The position numbers and the translations under genes were made by a program. A DNA stretch of 64,000 nucleotides. Origin: Eledone cirrhosa (lineage: Eukaryota). Within the stretch, counting starts at the first letter, position 1. Every line of letters begins with the position of its first letter. The stretch spans positions 133,796,001 to 133,860,000 of the forward strand of contig OZ024745.1 in the NCBI GenBank assembly GCA_964016885.1. Reading direction: 5' to 3'. Below the pieces are notes generated by a model, which saw nothing but the letters and a program-made list of their open reading frames with translations, made no database searches and had not been told where the DNA came from. Positions 39,801 to 52,403 of this stretch are shown one piece after another.

Positions 39801-41415
39801 TGAGCCCAACAGTCTAACTAGCACCACTCCCTCAATAATTAAATCTAAGCCACTATATGATGTTGGTGAGCCCAACAGTCTAACTAGCACCACTCTCTCA
39901 TTAATTAAATCTAAGCCACTATATGATGTTGGTGAGCCCAACAGTCTAACTAGCACCACTCTATCATTAATTAAGTCTAAGCCACTATATGATGTTGGTG
40001 AGCCCAACAGTCTAACTAGCACCACTCCCTCAATAATTAAATCTAAGCTACTATATGATGTTGGTGAGCCCAACAGTCTAACTAGCACCACCCCCTCATT
40101 AATTAAGTCTAAGCCACTATATGATGTTGGTGAGCCCAACAGTCTAACTAGCACCACTCTATCATTAATTAAATCTAAGCCACTATATGATGTTGGTGAG
40201 CCCAACAGTCTATCTAGGACCACTCACTCATTAATTAAATCTAAGCCACTATATGATGTTGGTGAGCCCAACAGTCTAACTAGCACCACTCCCTCATTAA
40301 TTAAATATAAGCCACTATATGATGTTGGTGAGCCCAACAGTCTAACTAGCACCACTCCCTCAATAATTAAATCTGAGCCACTATATGATGTTGGTGAGCC
40401 CAACAGTCTAACTAGCACCACTCTCTCAATAATTAAATCTAAGCCACTATATGATGTTGGTGAGCCCAACAGTCTAACTAGCACCACTCCCTCATTAATT
40501 AAATATAAGCCACTATATGATGTTGGTGAGCCCAACAGTCTAACTAGCACCACTCTATCATTAATTAAATCTAAGCCACTATATGATGTTGGTGAGCCCA
40601 ACAGTCTAACTAGCACCACTGCCTCAACAATTAAATCTAAACCACTATATGATGTTGGTGAGCCCAACAGTCTAACTAGCACCACTCCCTCAATAATTAA
40701 ATCTAAGCTACTATATGATGTTGGTGAGCCCAACAGTCTAACTAGCACCACTCCCTCATTAATTAAGTCTAAGCCACTATATGATGTTGGTGAGCCCAGC
40801 AGTCTAACTAGCACCACTCTATCATTAATTAAATCTAAGCCACTATATGATGTTGGTGAGCCCAACAGTCTAACTAGGACCACTCACTCATTAATTAAAT
40901 CTAAGCCACTATATGATGTTGGTGAGCCCAACAGTCTAACTAGCACCACTCCCTCATTAATTAAATATAAGCCACTATATGATGTTGGTGAGCCCAACAG
41001 TCTAACTAGCACCACTCTATCATTAATTAAATCTAAGCCACTATATGATGTTGGTGAGCCCAACAGTCTAACTAGCACCACTCCCTCAATAATTAAATCT
41101 AATCCACTATATGATGTTGGTGAGCCCAACAGTCTAACTAGCACCACTCCCTCATTAATTAAATCTAAGCCACTATATGATGTTGGTGAGCCCAACAGTC
41201 TAACTAGCACCACTCTCTCATTAATTAAATCTAAGCCACTATATGATGTTGGTGAGCCCAAGAGTCTTACTAGCACCACTCACTCATTAATTAAATCTAA
41301 GCCACTATATGATGTTGGTGAGCCCAACAGTCTAACTAGCACCACTTCCTCAATAATTAAATCAAAGAATCATTGCAATCATTATCGAGACAATAAGAAG
41401 CCACGTTCTCAGTAA
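24886..41415 (+). CDS. candidate giant Ser/Thr/Pro-rich (mucin-like) repeat exon or pseudo-exon, unit KSKPLYDVGEPNSLTSTT(L/P)S(L/I)I, interrupted by 4 TAG codons
   Basis: One frame across about 5500 codons with non-repeat in-frame flanks, and A|GTAAGT at 41411/41412. Stops at 28957, 29044, 33379 and 33466. Coding status is unproven. Confidence 0.35.
24925..41358. repeat. 66-bp tandem repeat array, 249 units, with higher-order duplications
   Basis: Unit AAATCTAAGCCACTATATGATGTTGGTGAGCCCAACAGTCTAACTAGCACCACTC(T/C)(A/C)TCA(T/A)TAATT. 16434 bp / 66 = 249, and phase is kept end to end. Confidence 0.98.
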
Positions 41416-41442
41416 GTAAATATCACTTACAATGATAATAAT

Positions 41443-41622
41443 GATTGTTTCTTCTTTCGGCACAAGGCAAGCAAATAATCAGTGCATTACTGGTATTTTA
41501 TTTTATCGACCCCGTAAGGATGAAAGACAAAGTTAACCTCGACAGAATTTGAACTCAGAATGTCAAGGGCCGCAATTCTATGCGTCAAAGCATGGCGTCC
41601 GACCCTCTACCGATACTGCCAA
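41443..41622 (-). mobile_element. tRNA-derived SINE (family A)
   Basis: Reverse complement of the family A core. Confidence 0.7.
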
Positions 41623-42081
41623 TATGATAATAATAATAATGGTTTCAATAAGTTATTAGACCAAATGAAAAACACAATCCAAGAGAACAATTTATGGTGT
41701 AGGTCAGCCTTAGAACGCTGGTCTTTTGTCGGTATCACAGTTTTTATGTAAGAACTAAGTTAATATTAAACTTCATTATATCATCTAGAAGTATATCATA
41801 TGTCAAGGAGTGCGACGGCTTATCAACTTCTTATACCAAGCTCCGTTCTACGATATTATATAATTTAATTACAATCCGTTTCAGTAAATAATGTTAGTAT
41901 ATTTACAGAACATTCCTATCTTTATAAATCCTCTTCAAACAGGTGGATATTTCCTTCTTATTTCTTTTCCTTTTTAACAAAGAATAACATTACATTTTTT
42001 TTTCTTTTCGGCAGAAATTCTGTATAGTATATCCAAATTCTATAGATGATTATTTTCACTTCACGTAAAAATGGCGAAGGT

Positions 42082-42117
<36 letters not shown>

Positions 42118-42582
42118 AAACTATAGATATACAAAATATATACATATAATTACAGGTGTGTATATACATACAGTTCAGTTGTTTACGTTTATAAGTTGTT
42201 TGCTTACTGAAAAAATTAATAGATATAGATAATCTCCACCCCATAAATAGATATATGTATGAATGTGTGTATGTATATATATATGTATGTGTGTGTGTGT
42301 GTGTGTCTAAAAGGTATATATTGAGTTAGAAACTCAAAATAGTCTCTTACAATTAAATAGCTCAAAGAAAGAGGTTTTTCTGAGCCGTGTAATATAATTG
42401 AATATAAAAGAAAGATAAACACAGATATAAACATATATGTGTCCTAATTGTAAGGGACCAGACTCGCTAGGGTGAACAAAATACTAACTATTATCAATAG
42501 GGTTTGCCAGACTCAATTTAAAATAATAAATCAAGAAAAGGAATACAAACCGATATTGGGCAACTGCCAGACACCCAGACAG

Positions 42583-42785
42583 TACAAGGCCAGCAATTTT
42601 GTGGGAGGGGAAAGTCGATTAAATCCACCCCAGTGTGTGACTGGTACTTTATTTTATCGACCCTGTAAGGATGAAAGGCAAAGTTAACCTCGGCGGGATT
42701 TTAACCCAGACCATAAAGGGAGGTAACTCTATGCTGAAAAGTATGGTGTCCGACCTTCTACCGATCCTGCCTATCCACCGCCTTA
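42583..42785 (-). mobile_element. tRNA-derived SINE (family A)
   Basis: Reverse complement of the family A core, with 5' head AAGGCGGTGGATAGGCAG. Confidence 0.7.
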
Positions 42786-43079
42786 GAGAAAGTAATAATA
42801 ATAATAATTGTAAGATATAGAAATCCGACAGACATAGACAGACACACACAGACGTACAGAGGAACATAGATATACATACATATCCATACATACGTACATA
42901 AATATACAGACAGACACATGCACACACACACATGCTTACATACACATACCTATATAAACATAGACACACACACACATATATATATTACTCTTTTACTCTT
43001 TTACCTGTTTCAGACATCCGGCTGAGGCCAAGCTCTCAACATTCGTACTTTGTAGTTACGATGGAGATTCAGTATAATA

Positions 43080-43260
43080 ATTGTTTCTATTTTTGGCACA
43101 AGGCCAGCAATTATCCCAGTGCTTTATTTTATCGACCCTGTAAGGATGAAAGACAAAATTAACCTCGGCGGGATTTGAGCTCAGAATAGCAAGGGCCGTA
43201 ACTCTATGCGTCAAAGCATGGCGTCCGACCCTCTACCGATACTGCCAATCCACCACCCTT
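43080..43260 (-). mobile_element. tRNA-derived SINE (family A)
   Basis: Reverse complement of the family A core. Confidence 0.7.
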
Positions 43261-44077
43261 AGATTCAGTATAATAATAACATTAAGAAAGATGCTGATGT
43301 TACATAAATCGTTTATTCATTATAATTATTTCAACGGTTCTCCCATGCAATGAAGATGTAATTCATGCATTTGTTGTTATGAGAACGGTATCCTCAGATA
43401 ACATTCGATTTTGTGATGTGCCACCGGCAGGAAAAATACGTCCTTCTGCTCGTGCGTCCGGCAGATATATGAGACCCGAAAAGGGTCTCCCAGCCGTTGT
43501 GTTTACTGGAGTAAAGTGTTATCCATGTGTCAAATAGCGAAATCAGGATCCCCACCCCTCAAGTGTGCTATGTTGACCTGTATCAAACGATAGTCTATGC
43601 GAAGCCAGAGCCCATCTCATAGTGGAAGCAATAAACGGAACTCTGAGGGGGGGGGGGGTATAGATTTTGTTGACAGCAACATTCAAGACAAGAACTACAA
43701 CAACAGTAAGAACAACAACAATAGCAACAACACCAACAACGACAACAACAGCAAACACCGACCAACATCACCTACACTGGCTGTTGTAGTGTGTATATCG
43801 CCCTACCTCAGCGTTCCTTTCATTGCTGCTGTTGTCGTCGTCGTTGTTGTTATCGTTGTTGCTGTTAGTTGGCTGTTAATATTACTGCGACTGCAACGGC
43901 CAGGGTAGGCGATGTTGGTCGGAGTTTGCTGTTGTTGTTGTTGTCGTTGTTGTTATCGTCGTTGTTGTTGACGTGGTCGTGATCGTTGTTGTTGTTGTTG
44001 TTGTAACTGTTGTCTTGTAATTTGAGTTACGACTTCCGTCACGGAATGAATTAAACTCGTAAGTCAAGGTACCGCTG

Positions 44078-44112
<35 letters not shown>

Positions 44113-44272
44113 GGGGAGAGGGAGAGAGGGGGGGGGGATATGTATACGTTTTTATGAGGGCAGCTGTTTACATAGAGATAGCGGTGGGAGTGTGTGTATG
44201 TGGGTTAGTTAGTGAATGTTTGCCTATGTATCTGTCTGGTAGTGTGTGGATGTATGTATATGTATGTCTGTG

Positions 44273-44303
<31 letters not shown>

Positions 44304-46204
44304 GGTATGTATGGAAATGATCAGGATTAGAATGTCCTTGGGCGTGGAAGTTCTTATTTTATTAATTTGATGCACCTTGCACTACAACCACCGGCAAGTA
44401 CCAAAGAGTCGAGAGCACTTCTGTTTGGCTGCTTGACACGATAGAAGATCAACGAAACATTCCTCAAATAATGTCTTAAGTAAGGAAAGAGCAGGTTAAA
44501 TAATGCAGTCATAGACATTGTCCTCAATGTAGAGGTTTGTCACGGATGGAATGTCGTTAACTATTGGTCTGCTAGTTCAGGGTTGACCTTCGTCTAAACC
44601 AAAACAGAATTAGGTGACAATAATCCATTTAAAAAATATTCTATGTATACATATTACCTATACTCAATTGAAAGTATCTAAATATGCCATATCTGTCTTA
44701 TATAATATTCAACGAAAAACTTGCAGCATTTTCTTCGCTGCTCTAGGTATTATCTCCTGTATAGATAAACCCTTGTCCTTCGCACTGATTTATATTACAT
44801 TGATGTAATAACTTAAATATAATTCGACTTAACCACGAAGAATTAAGTGGCTCTACTCCCGTTACACACTATCATCTCTCGGCGTCTGATTAATTTTCCA
44901 GTAAGTTTTAGTCTTGTCATTCTGTGTTTTCTCATTATTGTATGATATTATGATTAATGTAGACGTAGTCTGTGTGGCGTGACACAAACTGATTACTGAA
45001 TACAACTTACCACTACGGTTTTTCTACATAAATGCTATACAGAATGTGGACACGTTATCTCTCTCATATTCTAAACTAAATGAAACGATATCAAATTCTA
45101 CTTTAGTGTTTGAACAAGTAATTATTATGTTTTTATTAAAGTTGATTAGATATACAAACATCAGTGATCTCTTTAATGTTATTATATGAAGTGTTATGAT
45201 TTCAAAATTGATTTAAACTACGCAATAGCACACGAGACATATCAATATTAACGAAATAAGTAGTTTATTATCTTCTTTTCATATATTTCACAGCTACTTA
45301 ATGCATATTATGTAGTATACGTGTCGTCAGCAAGATTAAATTCATTGATCTTCTCGGTTTTGAAGATCATTGTCTGAAAGTAAAAATCATCGGCTATCAA
45401 GGCCTCCAGAGATATGTGGGGAGGTGTTGTATGTGGGATAATTAATGATTTGCGTTATAACGGACACACACACACACACACACACATACATACACACACA
45501 CATACACTCACACACACGCATACACTCACACACACACACATATACTCACACACATACACTCACACACACACATACACTCACATACACTCACACAAACATA
45601 CACACACACATACACTCACACACACATACACTCACACACGCATACGCACATACACACACCCACACATACACACGCCCTCCCTATATAGTTCAGGTCTATG
45701 AACATTGATACACAACTGTGTTTCACTATTGATAAATAACGTGTGAAAATGTCTTCAGTTTTACGAGTTGCGTGAGTTTAAGTTGAGTTTTAACTGAATC
45801 AACTTAATTTCTGAACAATTTTAAAATGTTATCTAGGAGATTGAATCAAAGTTTAGCATCGAAAAGTATCAATAGGAAGAACACGTGACTTTGTCTCAGT
45901 TCAATTGAAGTCAAGCATGTAGCCTTGGTTACTGTAACTATGGGATGGACGTTGGTAGGAAGAGGTAGACATACGATGATAGATAAAACACAGAAATTGA
46001 ATAAAAAATAATTAAACTCCACCAAAAATGAAATATTAATCATTAAAGTGTCATAGTTGTAAAATTGGTCTATCTTCTTTTTCTTCTTCTTCTTCTTCTA
46101 TGTCTTGTTATACTATTGACATTCTACTTTCTTAGGTTTCACTAAGTTGAACAATGATCTTGTTTGTCAAAACTGGTAACTCCCAATCTTAGGTTTCACT
46201 ATGC

Positions 46205-46470
46205 CCACCGTCTTGAGAGGGTCGTGGGATAAGAGTCGTCAAACACTTCTTCCAGTGGGTCTTCTCAGAAGCAACCGTCTCCAACTTGACCCCCAAGCGA
46301 GACCAACCAAGTCCATGGATGTTATCCAACCATCTTGCTCGGGGTCTACCACTTTGTCACCTGTCCGTTGCTTTTGCCCGTAAAATATGTCCAGCGATTC
46401 TTTCCTAGAACATTCTAACCATATAGCCATAGTATCGGAGCTGTGATCTCTCAAATCGAAAAAGTAGCGG
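46205..46470 (-). mobile_element. RTE-like LINE 3' fragment
   Basis: Homologous to 6159-6455 (GTTATCCAACCATCTTGC, AGCAACCGTCTCCAACT). Confidence 0.6.
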
Positions 46471-46482
46471 CTTTACCTGTAA

Positions 46483-46679
46483 TGACTCTCGCTTCACCTG
46501 GAGTGACTCTCGCTTCACCTAGAGTGACTCTCGCTTCACCTGGAGTGACTCTCGCTTCACTTAGAGTGACTCTCGCTTCACCTGGAGTGACTCTCGCTTC
46601 ACCTGGAGTGACTCTCGCTTCACCTAGAGTGACTCTCGCTTCACCTAGAGTGACTCTCGCTTCACCTGGAGTGACTCTC
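46483..46679. repeat. 21-bp minisatellite, about 9.5 copies
   Basis: (GTGACTCTCGCTTCACCT(G/A)GA)n. Confidence 0.95.
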
Positions 46680-46886
46680 AGTCTAGCTCGTATATGATAT
46701 TATATTGACGAAAATAAATTTACATAATTAATATATTTAATGTATTTATGCATTTAATTAATGAATGTAAAACAAAAAGAGCAAATGGGTTGAAATCTAA
46801 ACACTAGCCACAGTTTGTCTCGGTAAAAGAAGAAACACGGTGTCGTAAAGACAAATCAATAAAAGGAATCAATACAGTTTAAGAAA

Positions 46887-47236
46887 TACTCTCGGGTCCC
46901 AAATAATAATGGGGTGGAATAATCGGGGGGGGGGGGGATTCTTTTAGGTTGCTCCCGTTGATGATTTTAAAACAGAATTAGTCGTTTAGTTTACATATTG
47001 AGAGCCTATTTTATAACGTATGAGATTTCTTGTACAGTTTATTTGTCATATATAATGATTTTAATATATAAAGAAAATTAATTTTTGCAGGAATAAAATA
47101 AAATTTCGCTAGAAATAGATTAGCAAAATGTAATAAGCGAGGGGTGTGAGCTGTGAAATAAGTGTGTGGGTTGGAAAAATTCGGAAAAATTCATAAGTGT
47201 GTGGGTGGGGTGAGGATTATTCGAGACCTGAGGGTA
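46887..47236. mobile_element. MITE, same family as 21810-22110
   Basis: TA|CTCTCGGGTCCCAAATAAT ... ATTATTCGAGACCTGAGGG|TA. Confidence 0.7.
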
Positions 47237-48419
47237 GGTAATAGTAGTATAATAGTGGAAAGGGAATTTAAAAGGTTCAAATTCATTGGTCAACACTTCA
47301 ATTCAACCGGTCATACTACGGGCGATGTGTCATCCTCTGCTGTCGTCTTCTACTGTCCCAGGATAAAGTATTTTATCCTCATAGCTAGCAATTTTTTCTC
47401 TCCTGCTTTTCCGTTTTTCTCTTTCTCATTATGCCCTTCTTATACTTACTTATTTATAGTGGCATTCATCCGGGGTGGGTTGTGTTGGCATTCATCCAGG
47501 GTGAGGTGAGCTGGCTCCATCGATAGCATTCACAGTGTAATTTCATTTCAATGGAGTTTCTTCGAGCGATTGGTTTCACAAGCGGTGCCTAGCCGCAAGT
47601 ATATGAACATTAAGATAGTGTAATCCAAGCATTGCATCGGTTATAGCGCCAAGCTTTCACTTTCACACCCAAGCCAGTTTAAGGCGCATGGGAAAGAGTT
47701 TGGCCGGCAGAGTTGATAAACATAGCCTATTTGAGCCCTTCTGTAGGTCGGCAAGAGCTCACCCAACTGCCCAGTTCAGGCATATCGACCGTTATACGCA
47801 TATTTCCCGTTCTTGCCGCCTTCTTTCTTGTATTATTTCTACTTCTATATTAATTTACTGACTTCCATGTTTTCCACTTATCTCTACTTATTTTTTCCTT
47901 TTCCATTTTATTTTCTGTGTTTTTCTCTCGTTATATAAAACTTGTTTGTCTTTACTTCAACACTCACTTATTTCTAGTCTTTCTTATACATGTTCTGCTT
48001 CTCTTCTCTCGTATTGTCCACCTCTGTGTTTCCTCCTACAATTACTTCCACTTAACGTTTGCAGGATTTAATTGAACAACTATCTCAAGCAACACTATTC
48101 CGTTTTTCTCACACAAACTTCTTCCATTTAATAAATGTTATTATACCGAAGTTTGCCAATTCGAGTTTCACTTTAATTTTAATCTAGTTTTGTACTTCCA
48201 TGAGGAAAATTAAGGCAGACTATCAGAATCATGAATCTATGACTGTATTTAGCATAACGCCTCAATGTTTGGGATTTATCAGCTTTTTTATTAGCACATA
48301 ACTCGATAACATATTCTTTGCTGATAAATCTGGAAATTTGGAAAGAAATTTGTATGTTTTATTTTATTTGTATGTTTTATTTACATTTCCTTTTCTGTTT
48401 AAAAGTCAAGTGATTCCAG

Positions 48420-48650
48420 GTAGAGCCACTACTTCTCCAAATTGTGAGATCACCGCTCCGGTACTATGGGCATGAGGTTGGAATGTTTCACAAAAGAATC
48501 ACTGAACAGATTTTAAGGGCAAAAACCAACCGGCAGGAGGCCTAGGGGTAGACCCCGAGCAAGATGGTTAGATAACATCCATGAGCTTGGCTGGTCTCGC
48601 TTGGGCATCCAACCGGATCAGGTGGAGATGTTTGCTTCGGAAAAGGAAAT
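48420..48650 (+). mobile_element. RTE-like LINE 3' fragment
   Basis: GGGGTAGACCCCGAGCAAGATGGTTAGATAACATCCATG. Reverse-oriented homologue of 46205-46470. Confidence 0.6.
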
Positions 48651-48671
48651 TCGACTAAATCGACCCTTAGG

Positions 48672-48900
48672 CACTACTGTTACTTATTTTATCGACCCCG
48701 TAAGGATGAAAGGCAAAGCTAACCTCGGCGGGATTTGACCTCAGTACTTAATGGGCCGTAACCATATACCATAAAACATGTTGTCCGACGCTGTACCGAT
48801 ACTGCCAATCTACTACTCTAAGCAATAATAATGGTTTCTGATTTAGGCACAAGACCAACAATTTTTGGGGAGAGGAAAGTCAATTAATTCGACCCCAGTG
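48672..48900 (-). mobile_element. tRNA-derived SINE (family A), one copy plus a partial tail
   Basis: Reverse complement of the family A core. Confidence 0.65.
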
Positions 48901-48904
48901 TGTT

Positions 48905-49490
48905 ACTACAAGGATTTGGTGAAGACATTGCTAGATAGCTTTCATCGTTTAGGCTGCTGCATGAGCATAAAGATTCATTTCCTCAATAAATCTCCTGCTA
49001 ATTTTGGAGACGTGAGCGATGAGCATGGTGAGCGCTTCCATCTAGTTATCAATATTACGGAGACATATCAAGGTAGAAGGAACACACAGACTACTGTTGG
49101 AGGATTCAAAGAGACTGTGTAGACATGAAACACTCCAGGTTCTCTCGTAAGTGAAAGTGTGTTCCATGAATATGTTGGTTAGTGTACAATTGTTTATGCT
49201 TTATCCATTTTATTTGAGAATTAACAAGATGTATTTAATAAAAGGTGATGTTATATTTCATCTATCATATCAGATTCTATTGACATTGTAACTTATGGTG
49301 TCAAGCTATAAGACTTAGTAATCCATCCGAAGTCAATTATATTATCCATACAGTGGATAATAAAATTGGGATGTTCTATAGAATGAAAACCTGATGTGTT
49401 AGGAGAAAATGGATGCCATCTTTGAAATCAGCAGCTAAAAACTAGGTAAAAACAACAAAACCTAAGTCAGCAAAAGGTGTGTTGACAAAT
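48905..49490 (+). mobile_element. Chapaev (CMC)-type DNA transposon 3' remnant
   Basis: YKDLVKTLLDSFHRLGCCMSIKIHFL...NFGDVSDEHGERFH...YQG matches the Chapaev3-type transposase C-terminal motif. Confidence 0.7.
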
Positions 49491-50661
49491 TGGAGGTGTA
49501 TTTAATAGACATGGTTATTTTGATTCACATACAAACTTTACATTTAGATAAAAATATTTATATTTGTGATTGTTATATTTGCAATATACCCCCTCTCGTG
49601 CACGTAAACAGTACTGTATGGGGCACACATGTGCTACCTACAGGGCCATTGGCTCTTCATATCTTAATTGGTTTCGCTATCCTTTGAGATAGAGTGTGAG
49701 TGATTTTATAGGAAAATATTCATTAACAATTTGCGGGATATTTGATATGATTTAATATCAGAACTATCAAGTTTGAGAAAATATGATTGTGAAAGCGTTA
49801 CTTGTCGCCACAACAAGCTGCGCTTTGTTTGTCTTAATTGCTTTACTATTAAAGATTTTTTTTTTACATCTCCAGCTAAGAAACAAATTTCAATTTAATT
49901 ACAATGTCTTCTAATTAATTTCAATTTAATTACACTCACTATCAATCCGAATTATCTAAATTCACTTCATTGGCCCAATTAAGCTATATCCTGTTTAGCT
50001 CACATTTAATAATTATGTAAATTATACAGGCCAACAATTTTCGTAACTTTTTTTCTACTTATATAAATCTGTATACACTGATCAAAGTAGGCTTTAAAAG
50101 AATACTCATCGTTGAGGAAGTCTAACACTGAAAAATGTCTGGAACTATTACTTCATCTCGCTTGTCATCAAAGACATAAGATTCCCCTTAAGTATGACAA
50201 TGTAACATATAAGAGATTAATTCTTAATTTACTTTTTATTAGAGTCGTTAACAATTGCCAACGGATTTTAGTCACATCTCTTCATCTCTGAGTTAAACTT
50301 CTCTACATTTTCATTGTTATGTGGAAGTCATTCAGTATATGATCACCTACCCAAACACATTACACTAGCAATATTATATGTGTTTCTAACTCTAGAAGTG
50401 AGGACTCAGTCAATGGACAATTTCTTGATAAATAATTGCAATTCTGCAAAAATATATTATATGAAACGCGATTATTTGTGGGCAGAGGGCGAGTTCATGA
50501 TTTTGTCGCATAACGTAGTAGTTCGTCAAATAAAAATCGATAATATGTAATAGATTGAAACTGATTAGGGTGGTGTCACGGTATGACCACACACCTGTCA
50601 ATTGACTGAAACCAAAATAGTGGAAAATCTCATACATCTTTATTGTTATCATTGTTATTAT

Positions 50662-50729
<68 letters not shown>

Positions 50730-50740
50730 TATATCTTATA

Positions 50741-50809
50741 TCCAACTGATGAACGGATTCAGACCCCTCTGTTAGAATCGTCTGACTTCGTGAAACCTTG
50801 GGTAATGGA
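50741..50809 (+). ncRNA. type I hammerhead ribozyme motif
   Basis: tccaa-CTGATGA-acggattcagac/gtctgacttcgt-GAAA-ccttggg-TA-atgga, then AATAAA. Lies between two (TA)n tracts. Confidence 0.65.
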
Positions 50810-50838
50810 ATAAATATAGTGTGTTGTTTATTATTTAA

Positions 50839-50992
<154 letters not shown>

Positions 50993-51626
50993 TCAGACAG
51001 ACAATTCTAAATCTTCTTCAAATAAGAATATATATGGATTTGAGAGTTTAGGAAATACTATAACAAGGAACTGACATAATCTAACATTGAAGTATATCTG
51101 GTTTAGTTTATTAACAGACTTATATTCTATTATCAAAACTTTTACGTATTTCGAATTGTACACGTCACATTTCACAAATCCTCTCTCCCGCCAAATTTCA
51201 CGAGTTTCGAAAGATTGTCTACTTTTGTTGGCATTGAAGAGTTTCAAATTGCTTATACTGGCAGAAGTTCAAGCGTGACTTTCTGTGAAGTGCACTTGCT
51301 GTGTGTATGATCTTATTATATCTGTCAATTTCACTTACCTTTTGATCTACAAGCCCTCAGGCATCACCAGAGATCGTATTCCTTGATAGTTATTTCTTCC
51401 TAACTACTTTCACTCAACTATTTACAATTCGATTAACTTTTAATATATGTCATTCTTATAGCTACGAATTTGATTCTTCGAAATAGTATGCGAGAAACTT
51501 TCTTGTGAATTTAATTCTTCGAAGCAAGAAAATGTATTGATATATGTTTAAGTAATTTTCTATTATATCAAAATGACATTAGTACTGAGTGATTATATGT
51601 GTATATATGTATGTATATATATATAT

Positions 51627-51711
<85 letters not shown>

Positions 51712-51825
51712 AATGACTTGCTGCCCGACGGCTGAGCTCATGCCGATTCGAATTCGTGTGGATGACTGAATTATATTTTTTCGCTCCTTTTACGGTTTTT
51801 AGCCGAGGTAGAAAGATAGGTACAC

Positions 51826-52023
<198 letters not shown>

Positions 52024-52058
52024 TAAACAAAAGATAGTTACTTTAGATCATCTCTACT

Positions 52059-52122
52059 TATTTTATTATACATATTTCGAAGATGCAACATAATCCAGAA
52101 CATTTTCTCGTCAAAGAAAATA
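52059..52122 (-). ncRNA. degenerate type I hammerhead motif
   Basis: Minus strand: tattttct-TTGACGA-gaaaatg/catcttc-GAAA-tatgta-TA-ataaaata. Same layout as 11201-11263 and 15315-15383. Confidence 0.45.
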
Positions 52123-52403
52123 CATAGGAGTTGCAGAACTCTTTTTATATACTTGCGGTCAAACGAGCTGGACAGATCGGTGACAACCAAGCATATGATT
52201 AGAAAAAAAAACCAACACAGGACATGTTACGTGAGTGGGAGAAAAATACAGTTGGATTTAATGTTTTTCAAATTATTTAAAATATGACGTAATTAGATTG
52301 GACAAAAAAATAAATAAATTTAGACCATTAAAGAGTCTATATGTTACTTATATCAGCTTAAAATAGATACTATACTATACTCTTTTTCATTGAACAATAT
52401 ATA

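Noticed and set aside
24900-41279. Antisense ORFs (VVLVRLLGSPTSYSGLDLIN repeats)
   Set aside because: A by-product of a 66-bp unit lacking stops in that frame. The frame is broken repeatedly by TGA in the CAC-variant units.
24925-41358. CRISPR-like array (regular repeat with internal hairpin TGTTGG-TGAGC-CCAACA)
   Set aside because: No unique spacers, no cas genes and a eukaryotic context. It is a contiguous tandem repeat.
47280-47345. IGQHFNSTGHTTGDV, resembling a Penelope GIY-YIG segment
   Set aside because: Too short to support a feature call without a database search.
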